Below are positions 9,906 through 20,460 of a DNA stretch of 64,000 nucleotides, piece after piece. Origin of the DNA: Phycisphaeraceae bacterium (GTDB lineage: Bacteria > Planctomycetota > Phycisphaerae > Phycisphaerales > Phycisphaeraceae); the NCBI GenBank assembly GCA_963674705.1, contig OY771506.1:2944001-3008000 (forward strand). The letters run 5' to 3'. Each line of letters begins with the position of its first letter. Positions within the stretch are counted from its first letter, which is position 1. The notes beneath the pieces were generated by a model, which had not been told where the DNA came from, did no database searches, and saw nothing but the letters and a program-made list of their open reading frames with translations. Made by a program: the position numbers and the translations under genes.

Positions 9906-10454
9906 TCACGCTCGTCCGTAGTCGATCTCGAATGGTGAGAATTGTTGCCAGAGCGATAGTAAGTGCTGCTTAGTGAGTTCGGAGCTTTCGCGGATGCATA
10001 CTGGGGTGAAAGAGTCTTCGATCGTTTGAACAATTTGTTCGCATTGCCCGGGTGAGATTTGCACATAAAATGAGAATTCAAAAAGCCAAACCCGGGCTCG
10101 AAAATCTCTCACATAAAACCATAATACGCCGTCGTCCCAGAGCTTGACTTTAACTCTCGGATTGGTCAGAAACATCTCGGTGGTTACGGCTTCCTGACCA
10201 TTTGATTCATCATTGTGTGTAACTTCACATATCCAGACCTGTGTCCGGTATTTGATAGCTCTACTACGTTTGCGCAGAGCGTCCAGGAATGATGACAACA
10301 GGAGTGATTCGACATCCGGCCAATCTGGGACACGTTGTTTTGGCATGACGGCTGTGATTATATCTACACGAATGTCTGCTAGTATCCATTCGACTTCTTC
10401 ATCGATTAATCGGAAGACTTCATCGATTTGTCGATGGTTTGAGTTGCCTCTCAT
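9906..10454 (-). CDS. Hypothetical protein, AT-richer than its neighbours
   Basis: ORF of about 182 aa filling the gap; no recognisable motif. Confidence 0.5.
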   Translation of the reverse strand: MRGNSNHRQIDEVFRLIDEEVEWILADIRVDIITAVMPKQRVPDWPDVESLLLSSFLDALRKRSRAIKYRTQVWICEVTHNDESNGQEAVTTEMFLTNPRVKVKLWDDGVLWFYVRDFRARVWLFEFSFYVQISPGQCEQIVQTIEDSFTPVCIRESSELTKQHLLSLWQQFSPFEIDYGRA

Positions 10455-10490
10455 AAAAAAACGGCTGCCCGCGTGATTCACGGGCAGCCG
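10455..10490 (-). terminator. Intrinsic terminator of the PEP-CTERM gene
   Basis: CGGCTGCCCG...CGGGCAGCCG stem followed by a T7 run on the minus strand. Confidence 0.85.
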
Positions 10491-10528
10491 AGCAATGAAC
10501 AAGGCAATCTGTTTGTTGTCGCAGCGAA

Positions 10529-11227
10529 TCAGCGACGACGGATCAGCGCCAGGCCGCCGAGGCCCAGCAGCGCGAGGCTGGCGGGTTCGGGGACGTACGT
10601 GGCTCGCCAGCGGCCGTTGGACAGGTCGATTTCGAAGCGCCAGATATCGTTATCGTTGGCGACGTCGATGCTGTTATTGGCGGCGGCGTTGCCGGTGTCG
10701 TCACCGATCGAGAAGTCCCATGAGCCGACCGCGTGGAACTTGAATTCCTGCGTGCCGGCGGGCATGGCGAATTCGCCGACGTGCAGGCCGTTGCCCATGT
10801 CGGTTAGGATCAGCGAACCGGCGGTGGGCCAGCCGTTCATGGAGCCTGCCAGTTCCCAGTCGAAGTCGCCTGGGTCTTCCCAGCCAAGGCGTGGCTTGGC
10901 GTCGGGCATCCAGCCGTCCGACCAACTGGAGCTATCGAAGAAGTTGAGGTTGATTTCGCCATTGGCGTCGGCGGGGATCTTGGCGTTGCTGCCCGGGGCG
11001 GCATACGACCAGTCGTCCGTGGTGGCCTTGAGTTCATAGGCCTGGCCCGGGGTCAGCCCGGTGACGGTGTAGGTGTACATCCCGCCGCCGGCGTCGATCA
11101 TCGGGTCAGTCGAGTTGTTCCAGCCATTAAAGTCACCGCGGACGTAGTACGTCGGCGCCATCACAGCCATGGCCGACGATGCCGTCAGAACCACGGCAGC
11201 AATCGCTAACAAGCTTTTCATTCGCAT
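10529..11227 (-). CDS. PEP-CTERM surface protein with two putative alpha-glucan-binding Ig-like modules
   Basis: Signal peptide; tandem YYVRGDFNGW / WELAGSMNGW modules; C-terminus VPEPASLALLGLGGLALIRRR. Confidence 0.88.
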   Translation of the reverse strand: MRMKSLLAIAAVVLTASSAMAVMAPTYYVRGDFNGWNNSTDPMIDAGGGMYTYTVTGLTPGQAYELKATTDDWSYAAPGSNAKIPADANGEINLNFFDSSSWSDGWMPDAKPRLGWEDPGDFDWELAGSMNGWPTAGSLILTDMGNGLHVGEFAMPAGTQEFKFHAVGSWDFSIGDDTGNAAANNSIDVANDNDIWRFEIDLSNGRWRATYVPEPASLALLGLGGLALIRRR

Positions 11228-11289
11228 ATGTCTTCCTTCCTCTCCAAAGTGGTAATTCGAACAGGGCGCCCAGAGGCCCTCTGAGTCTA

Positions 11290-11350
11290 AATATAGCAGT
11301 GTAAAGGCCGAATACAAGACAAAACCGGCACTTGGTGAAGCGTTTTAACA
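11290..11350 (-). promoter_or_regulatory. Sigma-70-type promoter plus LacI-like operator upstream of the PEP-CTERM gene
   Basis: Minus strand TTGTAT-16nt-(TGc)TATATT; imperfect palindrome TGTTAAAACGCTTCACCA at 11333-11350. Confidence 0.45.
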
Positions 11351-11478
11351 GATTTTCTGGGGCTTCTTGGGCTAATAGGCAGACAAATCATGCTAAACCA
11401 TGGGGATGCAAGGGTTAAACGGTTATACGATGGAGGGGCATGCAAATTACCCAGTTTAACACTTCGGTTTTTTATTGA

Positions 11479-11826
11479 CTATTGACCACCCTTGGACTGC
11501 TTGGTTGTCTTTGCCTTTGCTTTGGGGGTCGAGGTGTCAGATTTGGTGGATTTACCCTCGCCGCCGGCTTTTTTCTCGTTCTTGGTTTCCTTCTTTGGCT
11601 TGGTTGATTCCTTCTCAGCCTTGGCGGCTTCTTTATAGCCTTCGGAGCGGTAGTCGGTTTCGTAGAAGCCGGAGCCTTTGAAGATGATGCCCGCGCCGGT
11701 GCCGATCAGGCGCGTGAGTTTGTTCTTGCCGCATTCGGGGCACTTCTTGAGCGGCTTGGCGGTGATGGACTGAAACTCTTCCATCTCGTGGCCGCAGGCT
11801 TCGCAACGGTATTCGTAGGTGGGCAT
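11479..11826 (-). CDS. FmdB-family zinc-ribbon protein
   Basis: MPTYEYRCEACGH...CPECG...FKGSGFYETDY with a Lys-rich tail. Confidence 0.92.
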   Translation of the reverse strand: MPTYEYRCEACGHEMEEFQSITAKPLKKCPECGKNKLTRLIGTGAGIIFKGSGFYETDYRSEGYKEAAKAEKESTKPKKETKNEKKAGGEGKSTKSDTSTPKAKAKTTKQSKGGQ

Positions 11827-11831
11827 GGTGG

Positions 11832-12022
11832 TCGGGTATCGTACTTCGGGTATCGGGTGTCGGTTTTATTACGCCGGTCCTGAGCGAAGCGAAGGGCCGG
11901 GTGGTTTTAATCACTAATCTGTAATTTCTAATCTCGAATGTTCGATCTTCAATGTTCCATCTGCCGCTTGCTGTCCGTGCTAAAAGCTAACGGCTAAAGG
12001 CTAATGGCTAAAGGCTAACGGC
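11832..12022. repeat. Composite intergenic repeat: four 7-mer tracts around the 35-bp core
   Basis: (TCGGGTA)n 11832-11863; core 11871-11902; (TAATCNN)n 11908-11939; (AATGTTC)n 11937-11961; (GCTAANG)x6 11979-12022. Confidence 0.87.
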
Positions 12023-12024
12023 TT

Positions 12025-12594
12025 CTACTCCGCAATACTCACCTTCGCGGGACGAATCGTTTTGTCTTCGATCACGTAGCCGGGCTGTAGCTGGGCGGTG
12101 ATGTGGTCGGATTCGATCTCGTCACTCGGTTGGCGCATCAGCGCTTCATGGCGGTTGGGATCGAACGGCTCGCCGGGTTCTACGTCGAGGCGCTGGATGC
12201 CGAAGTTACTCAGGACACGCAGCAGTTCTTCGTGCACGATGCTGACGCCTTTAAGCAGGTCCGCAGAAGAAGTCTTTTCCGGATCGGCGGCGAGCGCGTG
12301 GTCGAAGTGGTCCAGCACGCTGACAAGCTGCTTGGCAACATCCATCAACTGCTGCTGGCGTGCGACGACAACGTTCTGCTCGGCGCGGCGGGCGAAGTTC
12401 TGGTAGTCGGCCATGGTGCGGCGGAGCTTATCCTCCATCGCATCACGCTCGGCCTGCATCTCTAAAACGGGGTCTGACCCCGTTTCTTCGGCAGCGTCCA
12501 CATCAGGAAACTCGAGCGCTGCGTCGGCCTCATCCAGGTCGAACTCGCTGGGTTCGGTCACATCTTCGGGTTTTTCTTCGTACTCGCTCATCAT
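12025..12594 (-). CDS. grpE: Nucleotide exchange factor GrpE
   Basis: ADYQNFARR, FDPNRHEA, LQPGY...IRPAKVSI; lies downstream of dnaJ. Confidence 0.95.
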   Translation of the reverse strand: MMSEYEEKPEDVTEPSEFDLDEADAALEFPDVDAAEETGSDPVLEMQAERDAMEDKLRRTMADYQNFARRAEQNVVVARQQQLMDVAKQLVSVLDHFDHALAADPEKTSSADLLKGVSIVHEELLRVLSNFGIQRLDVEPGEPFDPNRHEALMRQPSDEIESDHITAQLQPGYVIEDKTIRPAKVSIAE

Positions 12595-12614
12595 CAATCT
12601 CTTCAGCAGGTTTT

Positions 12615-12715
12615 AACAGGGATGAACACAGATAAACACGGATTTGTAAAGGAGGTTAGGTTTAAACACACTTTTCATGCGTTTCTCTCTGTGTTAATCC
12701 GTATTCATCCCTGTT
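12615..12715. mobile_element. MITE-like element bounded by 28-bp inverted repeats of ~10-bp units
   Basis: 12615-12642 matches the reverse complement of 12688-12715 at 24/28 positions. Confidence 0.65.
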
Positions 12716-12728
12716 CCTGTATTTCTAA

Positions 12729-13862
12729 CTAACTGATATACGACTTAATCTTGTCCCAGAAGCCGCTTGTGTGTGGCATGACTTCACGGTCTTCGGTCTC
12801 GGCGTATTCACGCAGCAATTCTTCCTGCTTGTCTGTCAGCTTGGTCGGGACTTCGATCATGAGAATGATCGCCATGTCACCGGGTCGACCGTTCCGCAGG
12901 TTTGGCAATCCCTTTCCAGGTGCGCGGATGATGTCGCCGTGCTGCGAACCGGGCTTGATGGTGATCTCGTGTGTGCCATCGATGATCGGTACTTCAAGCG
13001 TCGCGCCGAGTGCGGCCTGCGTGAAGCTGATCGGCAGCTTGAGGATCAGGTGGTCATCCTCACGGGTGAACAGCTCGTGTTCCTGGACGCGGACGACGAC
13101 GTGCAGATCGCCGTGCGGTCCGCCGAGATGACCGGGTTCGCCCTCGCCGGGAACGCGGACGGCTTGGCCGTCATGGATGCCTTTGGGGATCTTGACGCTC
13201 AACACACGGCGTTTGGGTTGGCGACCATCACCGCCACAGGTTGTGCATTTTTCTTTAACGACTTTGCCGCTGCCGCCACAGTTGGGGCAGGTGGTGACCA
13301 TGCGGAACATCCCACCGAGGCCGCTCTGTGCGACCTGGCCCGCGCCGCCGCAGCTTACGCAGGTAATCGGTTGAGCGCCGGGGGCTGCGCCGCTGCCTTT
13401 GCAGCTTTCGCACAGGTCCTGGCGGGTGAACTCGATTTCTCGTTCGACACCGGACGCCACTTCTTCGAGCGTGATTTCGGTCTGTGTCTGCAGGTCGTAG
13501 CCACGTTGCGGGCCTTGACGTCCGCGACGACGTCGTGAACCACCGAACGGCCCGCCACCACCGCCGAAGATCTCCTCGAACATCGAGAAGATGTCGCCGG
13601 CATCCATGTGGTTGAAGTCGTGTCCCGCCTGGCCCTTGAGTCCGGCGTGGCCGAACTGGTCATAGCGGTTGCGTTTGTCGGCGTTGGACAAGACCTCGTA
13701 CGCCTCGGCCGCTTCCTTGAACTTGACTTCAGCTTCTGCATCACCCGGGTTGCGGTCCGGGTGGTACTTCATCGCGAGCTTGCGGTAAGCGCGCTTGACA
13801 TCATCCTCGCCCGCTTGGCGCTCGATCCCGAGTACCTCGTAGTAGTCGCGTTGTGTGGGCAT
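12729..13862 (-). CDS. dnaJ: Molecular chaperone DnaJ
   Basis: J-domain HPD, G/F-rich region, four CxxCxGxG repeats. Confidence 0.98.
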   Translation of the reverse strand: MPTQRDYYEVLGIERQAGEDDVKRAYRKLAMKYHPDRNPGDAEAEVKFKEAAEAYEVLSNADKRNRYDQFGHAGLKGQAGHDFNHMDAGDIFSMFEEIFGGGGGPFGGSRRRRGRQGPQRGYDLQTQTEITLEEVASGVEREIEFTRQDLCESCKGSGAAPGAQPITCVSCGGAGQVAQSGLGGMFRMVTTCPNCGGSGKVVKEKCTTCGGDGRQPKRRVLSVKIPKGIHDGQAVRVPGEGEPGHLGGPHGDLHVVVRVQEHELFTREDDHLILKLPISFTQAALGATLEVPIIDGTHEITIKPGSQHGDIIRAPGKGLPNLRNGRPGDMAIILMIEVPTKLTDKQEELLREYAETEDREVMPHTSGFWDKIKSYIS

Positions 13863-13869
13863 TGTTTAT

Positions 13870-14301
13870 ACCACAGAGGCACAGAGGCACAGAGAAGGCA
13901 GGAAGAAACTAAAGAACAAAGCGCTTGATGCCTTCCTTTAAAACAGGGACATTGAAGTTGATGAGGAGTCCTACGGGGTATTTGCCAAGTTTCATGTAGG
14001 TCAGCAACTGAGCTTCGTGAACCGGTAATATCTTTTCGATGGTCTTCAATTCGATGACCAGACGATCTTCTACCAGCACATCAATCCGTAGCCCCTCATC
14101 TAACTTCAATCCCTTATAACTTACAGGTAAATGCACTTGCCGTGCATACTTCAGGCCGGCTTGATCCAGTTCATAACAAAGGCAAGACTCATAGATCGAT
14201 TCCAGCAGGCCGGGGCCGAGTTGGCGATGCACTTCAATGGCCAGGCCGATGACCTACTGGGTTAATGGATCTCTCTGTGTCTCTGTACCTCTGTGGTTCA
14301 A
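13870..14301. mobile_element. GxxExxY cassette bounded by 26-bp terminal inverted repeats of 9-bp units
   Basis: ACCACAGAGGCACAGAGGCACAGAGA (13870-13895) matches the reverse complement of 14272-14297 at 24/26 positions; inserted between groEL and dnaJ. Confidence 0.7.
13909..14301 (-). pseudogene. GxxExxY protein (PD-(D/E)XK-like) interrupted by an in-frame TAG at codon 16
   Basis: From the TTG at 14301: [37 protein letters not shown]...RIDVLVE...IELK...QLLTYMK...GLLINF; TAG at 14254-14256. Confidence 0.85.
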
Positions 14302-14310
14302 ACCTTTTCC

Positions 14311-15924
14311 TTACGCCACCGCGCCGGGGACCGGCTCATCGTCGTCCTTGAGTTCGGTGATGAGGACGTTGGTTGTCAGCATCAGGCCGGCGACGCTGGC
14401 GCCGTTGAGCAGGGCGGTGCGTGGGACGAGTGCCGGGTCGATGATGCCGGCCTTGACCATGTCCACGTATTCACCGGTTGCGGCGTTGTAGCCCTTGTTG
14501 CCCTTGGCGTTCTTGACTTCTTCGACGACGACGTGGCCGTCAATACCAGCATTCGCCGCGATCTGCTGAAGCGGGGCTTCGCAGGCAATCGCTACAGCAT
14601 CGAAACCGAGCTTCTCATCGCCCTTGGCCTTGCTCTTTGCTTTTTCGATTGCTTCGATCGCACGGATCAGGGCGACACCGCCGCCGGGGACGTAGCCTTC
14701 CTGGGCCGCGGCTTTGGTGGCGTGCAGCGCATCGTCGACACGATCCTTACGTTCCTTCATGGCTGTCTCGGTCGCAGCACCGACGTTGATGATCGCGACG
14801 CCGCCGGTCAGTTTGGCAAGACGTTCCTGCAGCTTCTCCCGGTCATAGTCGCTGGTGGTTTTCTCGATTTGCATCTTGATCTGTTCGATGCGGGCGTTGA
14901 TGTCCTTCTTCTTGCCCGCGCCTTCGATGATCGTGGTGCTGTCCTTGTCGATGACGATCTTTTTTGCGGTGCCGAGGGCGTCGAGTTCGAGTGTTTCGAG
15001 CTGTATGCCCAGGTCTTCACTAATGAAAGTCGCGCCGGTGAGGGCGGCGATGTCACCGAGCATGGCTTTACGACGATCGCCGAAGCCCGGAGCCTTGACG
15101 GCAGCGATCTTCAGCACGCCACGCAGACGGTTGACGACCAGCGCGGCCAGCGCTTCGTTCTCAACATCTTCCGCGATAATCAGAAGCGGCTTCTGCGCCA
15201 TCGCGACCTTGTTCAGCAGCGGCAGCAGGTCCGGCAGGCTGCTGATCTTTTTCTCGTGCACGAGGATCAGGCAGTCTTCGAGGATGCACTCGGTTGTTGC
15301 CGGGTCGGTCATGAAGTAGGGGGAGAGGTAACCCTTGTCGAACTGCATGCCTTCGACGTAGTCGAGGGTGGTTTCAGCAGCCTTGCCTTCTTCGACTTCC
15401 ACGACGCCGTCCGCGCCGACCTTGTTGATCGCTTCGGCGATCAGTTCGCCGATTTCAACATCATGGTTGGCGGAAACAGTGGCGACCTTTTGCAGGTCGT
15501 CCTTGCCTTTGCACTTCTGGGCGGACGCCTTGATTGCTTCGCCGGCCGCATCGGCAGCGGCGAGGATGCCGCGCTGGATGGCGATCGGGTTAGCGCCGGC
15601 GGTCACGTGACGCAGGCCTTCGTTGAAGATGGCTTCGGCCAGGATGGTCGCGGTGGTCGTGCCGTCGCCGGCTTTGTCGGAGGTCTTCTTGGCGACCTCG
15701 ACGACCATCTTCGCGCCCATGTTCTGGAAGGGTGCTTCGATTTCGATTTCCTTGGCGACCGAGACGCCGTCCTTGGTGACGGCCGGGCCGCCGTAGGACT
15801 TCTGCAGCACGACGTTGCGGCCGGTGGGGCCGAGTGTGACTTTCACCGCCGCCGCGAGCTGCTCAAGCCCTTTTTTTAGTTCGACCGCCGCTTCGGCGCC
15901 GAAGATCATTTGTTTATGTGCCAT
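14311..15924 (-). CDS. groL: Chaperonin GroEL (second copy, no GGM tail)
   Basis: [35 protein letters not shown]. Confidence 0.97.
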   Translation of the reverse strand: MAHKQMIFGAEAAVELKKGLEQLAAAVKVTLGPTGRNVVLQKSYGGPAVTKDGVSVAKEIEIEAPFQNMGAKMVVEVAKKTSDKAGDGTTTATILAEAIFNEGLRHVTAGANPIAIQRGILAAADAAGEAIKASAQKCKGKDDLQKVATVSANHDVEIGELIAEAINKVGADGVVEVEEGKAAETTLDYVEGMQFDKGYLSPYFMTDPATTECILEDCLILVHEKKISSLPDLLPLLNKVAMAQKPLLIIAEDVENEALAALVVNRLRGVLKIAAVKAPGFGDRRKAMLGDIAALTGATFISEDLGIQLETLELDALGTAKKIVIDKDSTTIIEGAGKKKDINARIEQIKMQIEKTTSDYDREKLQERLAKLTGGVAIINVGAATETAMKERKDRVDDALHATKAAAQEGYVPGGGVALIRAIEAIEKAKSKAKGDEKLGFDAVAIACEAPLQQIAANAGIDGHVVVEEVKNAKGNKGYNAATGEYVDMVKAGIIDPALVPRTALLNGASVAGLMLTTNVLITELKDDDEPVPGAVA

Positions 15925-16025
15925 CGGATGAACTCCGTTTATTTATCTGGTGTTGGGCCGGCCGCTGAAGCGACCTCGCCGCTGGTGTTTATTTAATGTA
16001 CTTACAAAACTTCCGGGGGCGGGGG

Positions 16026-16340
16026 TTACTTTTCGATGATGCCGAGCAGTTCGCTTTCGCGGACGATCATGTGTTCGACGCCGTCGATATCGACTTCGGT
16101 GCCGGCGTACTTGCCGTAGATCACGGTGTCACCCTTCTTGACGGCGAGGGCGGTGCGGCTGCCGTCGTCGTTGAGTTTGCCGGGCCCGACCGCCACGACC
16201 TTGCCGGTCATGGGCTTTTCGGCGGCACTCTCCGGCAGGTAGATACCGCTCTTGGTCTTGGTTTCAGCCTCGGTGGGCTTCAACAGCACGCGGTCTTCCA
16301 TCGGGCGAACAGTCGTCTTGCTCTTGGTTGCGGTTGCCAT
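16026..16340 (-). CDS. groS: Co-chaperonin GroES
   Basis: PMEDRVLLK, TKSGIYLP, VVAVGPG, KYAGTEV. Confidence 0.97.
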   Translation of the reverse strand: MATATKSKTTVRPMEDRVLLKPTEAETKTKSGIYLPESAAEKPMTGKVVAVGPGKLNDDGSRTALAVKKGDTVIYGKYAGTEVDIDGVEHMIVRESELLGIIEK

Positions 16341-16425
16341 CTCTATTTATCTCCAGGTTTATTGTTTAGGATTGTTTTATTCTTTTTATGTGATGAATCA
16401 CAGGGGAAACACTTCCGGGGGGGGA

Positions 16426-18108
<1,683 letters not shown>

Positions 18109-18239
18109 TTATCTCCAAAGTATTAAAGGTTGCCACTGGTTGTCTCGATCAACTTTCCCCGAGCCGCGAGAGCCTGGTCGCTATCACGGCTGCACCGCAA
18201 CACAGGCCTGAACCCATCGCGCGGTTGGCCTTACTGTAC

Positions 18240-18255
18240 GCAAGTCACGTACCGG
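18240..18255 (-). promoter_or_regulatory. Sigma-54 (-24/-12) promoter of the chaperone operon
   Basis: Minus strand CCGGTACGTGACTTGC: GG-N10-GC spacing with TTGC, ~140 bp upstream of groEL. Confidence 0.6.
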
Positions 18256-18361
18256 TCTGCCAGAATGTGCCATTTGGGAATTTTAGATTATAAGATGTTT
18301 ATTAACAGATAATTGTATTCATTATGACGTGTTTGGCTTTCAGCATGATCTCCCACGCACG

Positions 18362-18376
18362 CTGTCAACGTGACAG
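18362..18376. promoter_or_regulatory. Palindromic candidate enhancer (UAS)
   Basis: CTGTCA-ACG-TGACAG about 110 bp upstream of the -24 box; an extra TGACAG half-site near 18394. Confidence 0.45.
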
Positions 18377-18592
18377 TCCGCGGTCCGCACGCATGACAGT
18401 TTCGCCGGGATGTGGGTGGTCGATGAGCTTAAGGAATCTGAAAAAGGAGTAGATGGTTTTGTGTAAGTTATTGCTAATTCAATGATTTAGGGGTTGGATG
18501 TCGCCGTTTGCGTTGGTATATTGTCCGAAAATGATCAGGCGTCACCTGGTCATATGGGTGGATTTCACAAACATACTTGGAGGCGGGGAAGA

Positions 18593-19384
18593 ATGATCGT
18601 ATTCGGTAAGCAGTTTGTTGGCGTGGTTGCGACCGCATTAGTGATTGGTTGGTCTGCCTTAGCGTCGGCTGGGATTATTACCATCACCGAGCGAGAAAGC
18701 AGGGGGAACCTCAGTCTATTTGCAGGTTCCGGTGGCGCGGTTGACCAATATGCAAACGAAGATGTGAAAGCTGATTTAACCGGGGCTTTTGGCTTCGGCG
18801 ATTCCTGGGATGTTGCGATTGATGAAAGCCAGCCGTATTCGCTAGGCACTGCCGGTGCTATTGGTTCGATCAGCGTCAGTGACAACGTTACTCAAGTTTC
18901 ACCGGGTACGCTCGTGCTGACAGCGACGCGTTCAGCCAGTGGGGCGGCGTCCGTCATCAGCGGCGCCAGCAACGCCAGTTCCACACAGGGCCAGACCTTC
19001 CGCGTGCGATTTACCACCGGCGCAGATCCGGTTAACTACACGCTCACAGGTGACTTCGATCCGGGTGCCATTACTGGCGTCATCGGTGATGCTCGCACGA
19101 TCAGTCTTCGCCGGCCGTTCACTGCCAACCATCCTGTCCTGATCGAAACCGCGATGTCCGGCATTTACGAAACCGGCACACTGCCTGCGAACCAGACATG
19201 GGAATTTTTTGTGAAGATGACGGATATGACTATCGCTAACGCCGGCAGCCCTTATGCAGCCGATTCAAGCAGCCTTGATATCACACTCACACTCACATCG
19301 GTGCCCGAGCCTGCGTCCGTGTGCCTTCTGGCAGGCTCTTCATGGGTATTGTTAACCCGTAAGCCGCGACGGCCCGTGAAGTGA
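18593..19384 (+). CDS. PEP-CTERM surface protein
   Basis: Signal peptide (ASA-G); Ser/Thr/Gly-rich body; C-terminus VPEPASVCLLAGSSWVLLTRKPRR. Confidence 0.87.
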   Translation: MIVFGKQFVGVVATALVIGWSALASAGIITITERESRGNLSLFAGSGGAVDQYANEDVKADLTGAFGFGDSWDVAIDESQPYSLGTAGAIGSISVSDNVTQVSPGTLVLTATRSASGAASVISGASNASSTQGQTFRVRFTTGADPVNYTLTGDFDPGAITGVIGDARTISLRRPFTANHPVLIETAMSGIYETGTLPANQTWEFFVKMTDMTIANAGSPYAADSSSLDITLTLTSVPEPASVCLLAGSSWVLLTRKPRRPVK

Positions 19385-19427
19385 TGAATTTGTTGATGTA
19401 GGATTCGATTGTGTGTGATGGGTTTCA

Positions 19428-19826
19428 TCAGCCGGTCTCGGCCATCCGATCACCATGTAGTAGCCAATGAATCGCCTCTTGCTCATCCGTAAACAATCTG
19501 AAGTTATAGGCTGAGTTCTGCATGACGGTTTCGAAGAAGTTGAACGAGGTATCGCCGGGATCCCGGAGCATTGCGATACGCCAATCACGTGTCAGGCCTA
19601 GTGCTGCGGCTTTGGTATAGGCAAACTCGTACTTCTCGGTGACACTCACATTGCTCGTTGTGCCGCGGAAGTCGATCAGGCAGGCTTTGATGTTGTGCTC
19701 TGTGCCTAACGCCACGCATGCTTTGGTGATCTGGGCGGCGACCTCCGGCGTTGTCTTGACGCTCAGGTTGCGGAAGTAGACATATTTGCCATCGGGCGAT
19801 GTGCCTTTTTCAAAGGGCTCGAACAT
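19428..19826 (-). CDS. Hypothetical protein, SpoIIAA-like (STAS/SEC14-like) fold
   Basis: GGAAGGAG RBS; LIDFRG; FFETVMQN...FRLFTDEQEAIHWL. Confidence 0.7.
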   Translation of the reverse strand: MFEPFEKGTSPDGKYVYFRNLSVKTTPEVAAQITKACVALGTEHNIKACLIDFRGTTSNVSVTEKYEFAYTKAAALGLTRDWRIAMLRDPGDTSFNFFETVMQNSAYNFRLFTDEQEAIHWLLHGDRMAETG

Positions 19827-20460
19827 CTTACGGCTCCTTCCTGAAGTTGAGCCTCTGTGTAAGTACACTAGAGGTGTCAAACAACTGCGTTTGCAGCATG
19901 TCTGACTGTTCCACGCCACGCCGGCCCTAATAGTAAAGCCAAATGGCGTGGTAGGTATCGGGGTTTAAAACACATGCACCAGCCAACGTCACAGCCTTCG
20001 TTGTGAAGGTTGGAGGAGGACTACATGGCTGATGTTCTTTGACAGGCCGCACTGAAACTAAATAGCCTGTGCATCACGATGCCCTTGTTAAAAAAAATGC
20101 ATTGCGCATTGTAGGCATCGTGTTTGCCGCCGGGGCCCGATCATACGTGCTGAGTAACAAGCGGCGTGGGCGACTCACGCGGGGTACAGATATTGCTTGT
20201 TTGGATTGCACGTAAGTACGGCCGCAGCCGTTCGGGGGCGATCAGTATAGTTATTAGTGCTTAGCAGGCAAGTGGGTATTTTAAAATCTTGCTTAGGCCA
20301 TAAGGTGATGTGGGATGTAAGTTATTTGTAGATCAGATACTTGCCGGGATTGTTGCCTTTCTCAGAATTAACAAATCATTTTCCGCAAAGCTGTCCTATT
20401 GATAGTTCATCCACCATGACAAGCAGATTCTGGGCATAATGGGTGTGATCGGGAGGCCTT

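Noticed and set aside
20025..20114. Selenocysteine readthrough of MADVL-TGA
   Set aside because: The continued frame is short and featureless, with no redox motif and no convincing SECIS.
20040..20135. c-di-GMP-I riboswitch on the minus strand (GGCAAAC + stem)
   Set aside because: The GNRA tetraloop and the downstream GCAAAG/P2 consensus are missing.
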